From the UHGV virus genome UHGV-0135138: a stretch of DNA of 24,508 bases. One strand, written 5' to 3'. Each line of letters starts with the position of its first letter. Position 1 is the stretch's first letter. A model generated the notes under the pieces. The model had not been told where the DNA came from. It searched no databases and worked only from the letters and a program-made list of their open reading frames with translations. Source of the DNA: a virus. This document shows, one piece after another, positions 17,315-24,508 of the stretch. Made by a program: the position numbers and the translations under genes.

Positions 17315-20300
17315 ATGGAACAGTTCAAGCAAAAAAAATTACCGCTTCTTATTGGCGGCGCTGGTGGTAAAAAAAGTAGCAAAAGCTCCAGCCGTACTCC
17401 GGTTGAAGCTGACGATACCGTGAATTCTCGTGCAATGGCCGCTATCCTCGATCTTCTTGGGGAAGGGGTAATTGGCGGCTTAGTAAATGGCGCAAGATCT
17501 ATTTTTGTCGACGATTTACCGATTGTAAATGAAGACGGCTCCTCCAATTTTAGCGGAATTACTTGGGATTTTCGCGACGGTTCACAAGACCAGACTCCAA
17601 TGTCCGGCTTTGATTTCGTTGAAACACCCAAATCCGTCAATATTCAATTAAAAAAAACACATTATGTAACGGTTTCAATCGATAACGATGAAGCTGATCG
17701 TGTTCGTGTCATCATGAAGTTTCCTTCTTTGCGAAGCGTAGATAAAAAAACTGGTGACACGAACGGCACGACTGTTGAGTACAAGTTCCAGATAGCGAAT
17801 GGCGACTCAACATTTGTAGATGTGGTTGCAGAAGGTGAAAAAAGCGTTGGCATTAAGCTAACTGCAAAGAAGACAGGTGTTTATTACCGTAGTTATGAAC
17901 TGAAGTTACCTAAGCCTGGGCGCGCGTATAAGGTGCGTGTTGTCCGTATTACCGATGACAACAACAGTCAGTATCTCTATAACGACACATGGGTAGACTC
18001 AATAGGTGAGATTGTTGATACACCGATGAACTACCCAAACTCTGTGCTGGTGGGGTTGAAGGTTAATTCTGAGCAGTTTGGCAACTCTATGCCATCTCGT
18101 TCGTATTTGGTGCGAGGATTAAAAATTCGTGTGCCGTCAAACTACAACGAATCCAGCAACACTTATGTGGGCGTATGGGATGGCACTTTTAAGCTGCTGT
18201 CTTCTTCGAACCCTGCGTGGATTCTCTTTGATTTGCTTACCAATGCTCGATATGGTCTTGGGCAATTCGTGTCGGAATCCATGATTGACCTTGGCCAACT
18301 GTACCAGATTGGTCGATATTGTGACGAAGAGGTCGATGATGGCTTTGGGGGTAAAGAGAAACGCTTTGCAATCAATACGCAGATCACCAGTCGACAGGAC
18401 GCATACCGATTAATTCAGGATATTGCCGGTGCATTCCGCGGCATGGTGTTTTGGGCTGGTGGCATGGTTAACATCATGCAGGATAGCCCATCAGATCCGG
18501 TAATGATGTTTACTAACTCCAACGTCAAAGATGGATTGTTTTCCTATAAAGGTTCTGCACGTAAAGATCGTCCATCAGTTGCGCTCGTGACTTATAACAA
18601 CAAGGAGGACGGTTATAAGCAAAATATCGAGTACGTCGAAGATCAGGAAGCAATGCGCCGTTATGGTGAGCGCAAAACAGAAGTCGTAGCATTTGGCTGT
18701 ACAAGTCGAGGACAGGCTCACCGAGTTGGTTTGTGGCTTTTGTATACCGCCAGAATGGAGTCGGATGTAATTACATTTACTGCCGGTTTAGACGCCTCAT
18801 TTCTGATGCCTGGTGAAACCGTTCTGATTCAGAATAAATATCGCGCGGACAAACGTAACTCCGGTCGAATTATGGAGTTTACCAAAAACAGCATCACTCT
18901 CGATGCGCCTGTGTCGTTAACTAAAAGCGGCAGCTTTATTCGGATACTGAATCAGGAAGGCAAAATCGTTGAACGCGATGTTCTTGAAACTGGCGAAAAC
19001 ATAACAAAGGTTACGTTTTCAAAAGCCCTGACGTCAGCGGAAACGCCTGTTTTGAGCGGTGTCTGGACAATTACAGAACCAGATCTCGAACCTATGCGCG
19101 TTCGCATCGTTAACATCGCGCAGGGGGAAACGCCGGGTAGCTTTGACATCACCGCTGTTGAGAACAATCCGACTAAATATGAGGCGATCGACAATGGTGC
19201 AACGCTTATCCCGCAGAATACGACGGTATTGGACCCGACTTACTCGAAGCCGTCTAATTTGCAAATCACTGAAGGGACTTATCTCTCAAGTCCGGGCAAC
19301 CTGTCAGTAAAATTGACTGCAACATGGGAAGGAAAATCTCCAGAATATTGGATCAGCTGGCGACGTTCAGATGAAAGCAATGTATCGAACTGGCAATCGG
19401 CGCGTGTAACCGAAGAGCAATACGAAATCGTTAATGTTGCGGAGAATGGACGCTACGACTTCCAGCTGTATGCGGTTTCATTCAACGGTAAAAAAACAGA
19501 GATCATCAGCACCGTTTATCAGGTGCAGGGCACAATGACTCCACCTGATTCGCCAACGTCATTAACGGCAGTTGGGGACTATCGAAATGTGATACTGAAT
19601 TGGATTAATCCAGATTCGGTGGACCTTGATCATATTAATGTTTACGCATCCAAGGTTAACAATCTGGATACAGCGAAACTGATCGCAGAGTCTGCAAGCA
19701 CCACCTTTACACATGCTGGTCTTGGGGATAACGAAACGTGGTATTACTGGGTGCGAGCATCGAACAAGCGCGGCATGTTAAGCCCTCCGAACTCAAACTT
19801 GGGTACAGAGGCGACAACTCGCGATGTATTGTCGTTCCTGACTGGCAAAATTACATCTTCCGAGCTTGGTCAGGCCTTGACTGAGGAAATTAGCTCAAAA
19901 GCCTCTCAGGAGGCGGTGAACTCCATCTATGAACAGATTGATGAAAGCCTGAAGAACCTTGATGGCAAGTTTTCAGAGACAGATCGGCGGCTTGAAGAAG
20001 CTCAAAACGATCTTAAAACGGAGGTTTCCAGCACCGTCAGCAAGGTAGAAGACGCTCTTAAAGAGGTTGAAGACTCTAACGCTGCTTTAATTCAGCTACA
20101 GGAGACTGTCTCCGAGCAGGGCAAGGCTGTGGCTGGTGCAGTCGAAGCGGCCCATGCTGCGTTCGAAAATGCTTCTGCATTGATTGCCGAAGAACGTGAG
20201 GCTCGAGTAGAAGGAGATATGGCTAACGCTAAACAGATTGAGACAATGAAATCTTCTGTTGACGATAGTGTTGCGGCAGTTGAAGAGATGAAGAAAACTG

Positions 20301-21475
20301 TGGCCGAAGTCGGGCGAGTCAGTGCTGAAACGACCACTAATATTGAAGCGTTGGCAAAAACTAATATTGATCTCGCATTACGCCAGGATGAAGAACAACA
20401 CAAGCAGTTAATGAATAACGCTAAGATAGCTACCACTCAGAAGACATTTGCTGATGATTTGTCAGCGATGGCGTCGAAAGTGGAAGAGATCCGTGCTGAA
20501 ATTGGTGAAGATATTCGCGCCTCTATCACGGAGGAAACGACAGCTCGGGTTGAGGCTGATAAGGCTATTGCAACCCAAATTGACAAGCTTGAAGCTCAGA
20601 TTAACGACGATATTGCTGCGGCGATTGTGCTTGAACAAGAGGCTCGCGTCACAGCCGACGAATCATTGTCAAAACAAATTACTACATTACAAGCCAAGGT
20701 TGAAGGCGACATCAGTGCGGCGTTGACCGAAGAGCAAATTGCCAGAGCGAGCGCTGATGAATCGTTGGCGCAACAAATCACAACACTAAAGACCCAAACA
20801 GGTGTTGATATCAAGGCGGCTGTTGCGGAAGAAACGAAAGCCAGAACTGATGTTGACTCTGCGCTGGCTGGGCAGATCACTAATTTGCAGGCTCAGACAG
20901 AAAAAGATATCAGCGCCGCAATTACGTCTGAATCTACCGCACGCGCAGAAGCTGATAAAGCACTAAGTGGTCGTATTGATACGATAAGGACTGAAGTAGA
21001 AGGCAACTCAGCAACTATCCAGCAGCAATCCCAAGCCATTGCCGACACCAACAAAAAAATCTCAACGGCGTGGACGTTGAAAATGGAGACTTCAACGAGT
21101 GGGGGGCAGAAGTATATTGCCGGTATTGCGCTTGGTATCGACACAACTGGTCTTTCTCAGTTTTTGGTGCAAGCGGACAGGTTTGGTTTGGTCAACTCTG
21201 TGAACGGGAAGATCACCACACCATTTGTTATCGAAAACAGCGTCGCCTATATGAATGGTGCGTATATCAAGGATGGCACAATCACCAATGCAAAAGTTGG
21301 TGATCTGCAATCTACCGATTTTGTCTCCGGTAGATCTGGATGGCGATTCGGTAAAAATGGAACGCTTGAGATCAACGGTAATAGCGGCGGCAATGGGCGA
21401 TTGGTCATAAATGGTCAGCGGATTGATGTTTATGACGATAACAACGTCCTACGAGTAAGAATTGGCCTTCTGTGA
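17315..21475 (+). CDS. J: central tail fibre / tip attachment protein, lambda J homologue
   Basis: ORF is open from TTG 17309; the ATG at 17315 is preceded by AAGGA. Long colinear similarity to lambda J as recalled (NSVLVGLKVNSEQFG, VPSNYN, IWDGTFK, GQYCD, DGFGG, AFGCTSRGQAHRVGLWL, GKIT.S.LG, KYIAGI.LG, LSQFLV). Followed by three in-frame stops (TGATAGTAG). Confidence 0.9.
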   Translation: MEQFKQKKLPLLIGGAGGKKSSKSSSRTPVEADDTVNSRAMAAILDLLGEGVIGGLVNGARSIFVDDLPIVNEDGSSNFSGITWDFRDGSQDQTPMSGFDFVETPKSVNIQLKKTHYVTVSIDNDEADRVRVIMKFPSLRSVDKKTGDTNGTTVEYKFQIANGDSTFVDVVAEGEKSVGIKLTAKKTGVYYRSYELKLPKPGRAYKVRVVRITDDNNSQYLYNDTWVDSIGEIVDTPMNYPNSVLVGLKVNSEQFGNSMPSRSYLVRGLKIRVPSNYNESSNTYVGVWDGTFKLLSSSNPAWILFDLLTNARYGLGQFVSESMIDLGQLYQIGRYCDEEVDDGFGGKEKRFAINTQITSRQDAYRLIQDIAGAFRGMVFWAGGMVNIMQDSPSDPVMMFTNSNVKDGLFSYKGSARKDRPSVALVTYNNKEDGYKQNIEYVEDQEAMRRYGERKTEVVAFGCTSRGQAHRVGLWLLYTARMESDVITFTAGLDASFLMPGETVLIQNKYRADKRNSGRIMEFTKNSITLDAPVSLTKSGSFIRILNQEGKIVERDVLETGENITKVTFSKALTSAETPVLSGVWTITEPDLEPMRVRIVNIAQGETPGSFDITAVENNPTKYEAIDNGATLIPQNTTVLDPTYSKPSNLQITEGTYLSSPGNLSVKLTATWEGKSPEYWISWRRSDESNVSNWQSARVTEEQYEIVNVAENGRYDFQLYAVSFNGKKTEIISTVYQVQGTMTPPDSPTSLTAVGDYRNVILNWINPDSVDLDHINVYASKVNNLDTAKLIAESASTTFTHAGLGDNETWYYWVRASNKRGMLSPPNSNLGTEATTRDVLSFLTGKITSSELGQALTEEISSKASQEAVNSIYEQIDESLKNLDGKFSETDRRLEEAQNDLKTEVSSTVSKVEDALKEVEDSNAALIQLQETVSEQGKAVAGAVEAAHAAFENASALIAEEREARVEGDMANAKQIETMKSSVDDSVAAVEEMKKTVAEVGRVSAETTTNIEALAKTNIDLALRQDEEQHKQLMNNAKIATTQKTFADDLSAMASKVEEIRAEIGEDIRASITEETTARVEADKAIATQIDKLEAQINDDIAAAIVLEQEARVTADESLSKQITTLQAKVEGDISAALTEEQIARASADESLAQQITTLKTQTGVDIKAAVAEETKARTDVDSALAGQITNLQAQTEKDISAAITSESTARAEADKALSGRIDTIRTEVEGNSATIQQQSQAIADTNKKISTAWTLKMETSTSGGQKYIAGIALGIDTTGLSQFLVQADRFGLVNSVNGKITTPFVIENSVAYMNGAYIKDGTITNAKVGDLQSTDFVSGRSGWRFGKNGTLEINGNSGGNGRLVINGQRIDVYDDNNVLRVRIGLL
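20508..21002 (+). repeat. five tandem 99-bp (33-aa) coding repeats inside J
   Basis: Protein repeats EDIRASITEETTARVEADKAIATQIDKLEAQIN / DDIAAAIVLEQEARVTADESLSKQITTLQAKVE / GDISAALTEEQIARASADESLAQQITTLKTQTG / VDIKAAVAEETKARTDVDSALAGQITNLQAQTE / KDISAAITSESTARAEADKALSGRIDTIRTEVE. More degenerate copies extend upstream to about 20170. Confidence 0.75.
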
Positions 21476-21505
21476 TAGTAGAAAAAAAAATTTATATCGG
21501 TAAAA

Positions 21506-21548
21506 ATAAGTAGGTATTTACTTTGTGGTGGGCAAGAATAGCCCACCA
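21506..21548 (+). promoter_or_regulatory. J / tail fibre intergenic element: TAAGTA-family inverted repeat plus GC-stem hairpin
   Basis: ATAAGTAGGTATTTACTT (AAGTA-n6-TACTT inverted repeat) then TGGTGGGC-aagaata-GCCCACCA, an 8-bp stem with no U tract. The stem shares GTGGGC/GCCCAC with the terminator at 5356-5384. An A9 run lies at 21482-21490. Confidence 0.35.
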
Positions 21549-21568
21549 AAACAAGGAGCATATTCAAC

Positions 21569-24103
21569 ATGTGGTACAGGGAAGGTACTATCACATTTAC
21601 ACAGGGTAGCAATACTCTGGTTGGGGCAGGGACAGCCTGGAACGTAACCGCTAATGGTGTGTTGCCGGGTATGATCGTCGTTGGCCCCGATAATAAACTG
21701 TATGAGATCAAGCGCGTAACCAGTGACACGAATATTGTTCTCTCAGAACCTTATACCGGTGAAACTCAGTCTGAAGTTCCGTGCCGAATCATTACGACCT
21801 ATGAGGGCGACTTAACGCAGTTTAGCGCACGCTTTACTGCACTAATGTCGCGTATGTCGGCTGATTCCAAGTCCATGCGTAGTTGGCTGACTGCCGTGGA
21901 TGAAATCACAATTGAACGTGAAGATGGTACGGAATTAACCATAAAATCCCTTACTCAGATCGTTAATGAGCACAACAAAAACGTAGAGTGGTATAAAAAT
22001 AACACTGATGAAATTGATTCCGCTGGCACCTATGCGCGTGAGGCCGCGAGTAGCGCGACAACTGCTGCGCAAAACGCTGAGCGCGTTGAACAGATCGCGC
22101 AAAATATTGCTAACAGTATAAGTACGGCCCAGCAGGCTGCCACAGATGCTGCAAATAGTGCCGGTGCCGCGAAAACGTCAGAAACGAATGCGGCAGCGTC
22201 ACAACAATCAGCAGCCACTTCTGCATCCACCGCGACCACGAAAGCGTCAGAAGCAGCCTCCTTAGCCAGGGATGCGTCGGCTTCAAAAGAGGCGGCAAAA
22301 TCATCAGAAGCGAACGCGAAAGCGTCGGAAACCAGTGCCGAATCCTCAAAAACGGCAGCCGCATCGTCAGCCAGTTCGGCAGCGTCATCGGCATCGTCTG
22401 CGTCGGCTTCAAAAGATGAAGCGACTAAACAGGCGTCAGCCGCAAAAGATAGTGCTATGACTGCATCCTCGAAAGCAACAGAGGCGACAGGCAGTGCAAC
22501 GGCTGCCTCTCAGAGCAAAACTGCTGCTGAATCCGCTGCGACCCGTGCGGAAGCTGCTGCTGCTCGTGCTGAAGAGATTGCCGGTGCAGTTGCGATGGAA
22601 GACGCAAGCCTTACAACTAAAGGTGTTGTGAAACTTAGCAGTGCGACCAACAGCACTTCAGAGTCACTGGCTGCAACCCCAAAAGCGGTAAAAGCTGCAT
22701 ATGACCTGGCTGACGGGAAATACACTGCGCAGGATGCAACGACAACCCAGAAAGGGATAATCCAGCTAAGTAGCGCCATCAATGACGAATCTGAAACGCT
22801 TGCTGCAACGCCAAAAGCGGTAAAAGTCGCCTATGACAATGCCGAAAACCGCCTGCAGAAAGATCAGAATGGCGCTGATATCCCTGACAAGAACGCATTC
22901 AGGGAAAGTCTTGGGCTGGGGGATGCCGCCACCAAAAATATCGGTACTACAGCCGGCACCGTAGCGGCAGGAAACGACTCCAGACTGGTTAACGCACTGC
23001 AAAAATCCACTTCAGCCCTGGCCGTGGACCTGAATACACTGGGGAGTCTGGAAGTCCAGGGAACTTATTATCAGCCAGCGGATAAAGGGGCAACAGCTGC
23101 GCATCATTACCCGGTGCTCCGGTCCGGGACATTGCAGGTTCTGCCTGGTGTCTGGGGAGGCTGCCAACAGGAATATACGAGCTGGAATCCACCGAGAAAA
23201 TTTGTGAGAACACTGACAGGCTATTTCAAAGGTAATGGCCCGTGGTCGCCGTGGGTGGAGGTGGCGTTTACCGACAGTACAGTGGCTGTTGCGACCGCAG
23301 CGACAAAATTGCAGACGACCAGAAGAGTTGGTGGTGTGGATTTTGACGGGACATCAGATATCAGCCTCCCCGGAGTGGATGCGCCAGGCGATCAGGATAC
23401 GACAGGTAATGCGGCTACTGCGACCAAATTGCAGACGCCAGTGAATATTAACGGTACAGCGTTTGATGGTAGCCACGATATCACGATCCGGGATGAAGGT
23501 GCATTTCAGAAGCCTGCGCTCTTTATACATTCCTCTGTAGATTTGAACACGCTAGGTGGTCCAGGTAGCGAAGGTTTTTATTTTCAGAAATACGGGAGTG
23601 TGGCGACAGTTGATCATCATTACCCAACCAACAGACCAGGCACGCTGACTGTACTGCGTGGTGGATTTGACGGATGCCAGCAGGAATATTTTAGTGTTAA
23701 TCCTCCAAGGAAATTTTTCAGGGCATTAACAGGAGCCTGGAACGGACAGGATGGCCCATGGTCAGACTGGTTTGAGATTCAGACTCTGGGAGGTGGAAGT
23801 GGAGGTACGCAGGTTTTTGGAACCGAATATCAAAATAAATCATCAGAACGCGGTCCGGGTGTTACATACACTAATAGTCGATCGTATCCGATTATGGTGA
23901 TCATTGATGGATACTACGGAGGTGGTGACGGTTTTCATCTTTTTATAAACGATGAAATATTGATATCCCCATCTACATCTTCAGGACAAAATGACGACCA
24001 ATTTCAGTTTACTTTCATCGTTCCGGCAGGCGCAACGTACATGATCTTTGAAAAAACTTTCGGTACGAATTTCCGTATTCACACCTGGTTGGAGTTTTGT
24101 TAA
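21569..24103 (+). CDS. stf: side tail fibre protein (Stf-like), mosaic
   Basis: 844 aa with GGAG RBS. Long Ala/Ser/Thr-rich shaft (AAKTSETNAAASQQSAATSASTATTKASEAA...) that I recall as nearly identical to lambda Stf. Conserved tail-fibre motifs TKGVVKLSSATNSTSESLAATPKAVKAAYDLADGKYTAQDATTTQKGIIQLSSAINDESETLAATPKAVKVAYDNAEN. Distinct N-terminus and a C-terminal region with internal duplications. Confidence 0.9.
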   Translation: MWYREGTITFTQGSNTLVGAGTAWNVTANGVLPGMIVVGPDNKLYEIKRVTSDTNIVLSEPYTGETQSEVPCRIITTYEGDLTQFSARFTALMSRMSADSKSMRSWLTAVDEITIEREDGTELTIKSLTQIVNEHNKNVEWYKNNTDEIDSAGTYAREAASSATTAAQNAERVEQIAQNIANSISTAQQAATDAANSAGAAKTSETNAAASQQSAATSASTATTKASEAASLARDASASKEAAKSSEANAKASETSAESSKTAAASSASSAASSASSASASKDEATKQASAAKDSAMTASSKATEATGSATAASQSKTAAESAATRAEAAAARAEEIAGAVAMEDASLTTKGVVKLSSATNSTSESLAATPKAVKAAYDLADGKYTAQDATTTQKGIIQLSSAINDESETLAATPKAVKVAYDNAENRLQKDQNGADIPDKNAFRESLGLGDAATKNIGTTAGTVAAGNDSRLVNALQKSTSALAVDLNTLGSLEVQGTYYQPADKGATAAHHYPVLRSGTLQVLPGVWGGCQQEYTSWNPPRKFVRTLTGYFKGNGPWSPWVEVAFTDSTVAVATAATKLQTTRRVGGVDFDGTSDISLPGVDAPGDQDTTGNAATATKLQTPVNINGTAFDGSHDITIRDEGAFQKPALFIHSSVDLNTLGGPGSEGFYFQKYGSVATVDHHYPTNRPGTLTVLRGGFDGCQQEYFSVNPPRKFFRALTGAWNGQDGPWSDWFEIQTLGGGSGGTQVFGTEYQNKSSERGPGVTYTNSRSYPIMVIIDGYYGGGDGFHLFINDEILISPSTSSGQNDDQFQFTFIVPAGATYMIFEKTFGTNFRIHTWLEFC

Positions 24104-24105
24104 GA

Positions 24106-24471
24106 ATGAAATATTTTGTCGATGCGAAAGGTACTATTTATGCCTACGAGTCTGACGGTTCGCAGGATGAGTTCATTAAAGAGGGACTGACGCCAGTAAC
24201 GGAAGCGGAGGTGAAAGAACGCCTGAAACCATCAGCAGAATGCTGGCAACGACGAGCGGAGAGCAAGAGAGAGTCGTTGATATCTGAAGCTGGTCGCAAT
24301 TTGTCCGTCAATCAGGTTCGATTGCTTTCGGGGCGTGTGTTATCAGAACGTGAGAGTCAGTCGCTGAATGCCTGGCTGGATTACGTAGACGCACTGGAGG
24401 CGATGACGTTTGCTGCTGTTGTTGATGAGGAAAGCTATCTCAGCATCAAGTGGCCGGAAAAACCCGCGTGA
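24106..24471 (+). CDS. tfa: tail fibre assembly protein (Tfa-like chaperone)
   Basis: ORF is open from TTG 24097; the ATG at 24106 (MKYFVDAKG...) is more plausible, with GGAG 11 nt upstream. Immediately follows the fibre gene. C-terminus LNAWLDYVDALEAMTFAAVVDEESYLSIKWPEKPA resembles the lambda Tfa C-terminus (EAWKKYRVLLNRVD...APDIEWPAVP, recalled). Confidence 0.8.
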   Translation: MKYFVDAKGTIYAYESDGSQDEFIKEGLTPVTEAEVKERLKPSAECWQRRAESKRESLISEAGRNLSVNQVRLLSGRVLSERESQSLNAWLDYVDALEAMTFAAVVDEESYLSIKWPEKPA

Positions 24472-24478
24472 TAAAAAG

Positions 24479-24499
24479 GCCCGCACACAAGGTGCGGGC
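24479..24499 (-). terminator. intrinsic terminator hairpin oriented for minus-strand transcription (possibly bidirectional)
   Basis: GCCCGCAC-acaag-GTGCGGGC, an 8-bp GC stem. The T run (AAAAA on the + strand, 24473-24477) lies on the side that follows the stem for a minus-strand transcript; on the + strand the stem is followed by AAATGATCG. Confidence 0.55.
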
Positions 24500-24508
24500 A
24501 AATGATCG

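Noticed and set aside
22272-22460. Highly basic + strand alternative-frame ORFs (22272-22460 inside stf; 13050-13265 inside the tape measure gene)
   Set aside because: They are frame artefacts of GC-rich Ala/Ser or Lys/Glu-rich coding sequence, have no RBS, and are nested in genes with strong homology support.
21569-24508. Diversity-generating retroelement or invertible (Gin/Cin-type) host-range switch at the tail fibre
   Set aside because: No reverse transcriptase, no template repeat copy of the fibre 3' end, no invertase gene and no inverted duplication of the fibre C-terminus or tfa within the window.
1-24508. Integrase, att sites, tRNA, CRISPR array, toxin-antitoxin or anti-phage defence cargo
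   Set aside because: No such gene or repeat architecture is visible. Every sizeable ORF is accounted for by a co-directional structural gene with short, mostly coupled junctions.

Overview
The window reads as one contiguous, co-directional (+ strand) late/structural operon of a tailed, siphovirus-type phage or prophage; the sharing with lambda (recalled, not searched) suggests an enterobacterial host. Gene order: small and large terminase, portal, scaffold, major capsid, two small head-associated proteins that share an N-terminal module (one with Ig-like domains), four neck/head-tail joining proteins, major tail protein with a C-terminal Ig-like domain, a tail chaperone pair with a probable -1 frameshift, a ~1525-aa tape measure, then clear homologues of lambda M, L, K, I, J, side tail fibre and tail fibre assembly protein. 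The head module is not lambda-like while the tail tip is, so the region is mosaic. I found no integrase, tRNA, CRISPR, toxin or defence cargo and no plausible minus-strand gene. I therefore do not claim a novel system here; the points worth follow-up are a recurring TAAGTA(A) gene-junction element, the shared N-terminal module, the remodelled J protein and the mosaic tail fibre. All homology statements rest on reading the translations against remembered sequences and need a database search to confirm.
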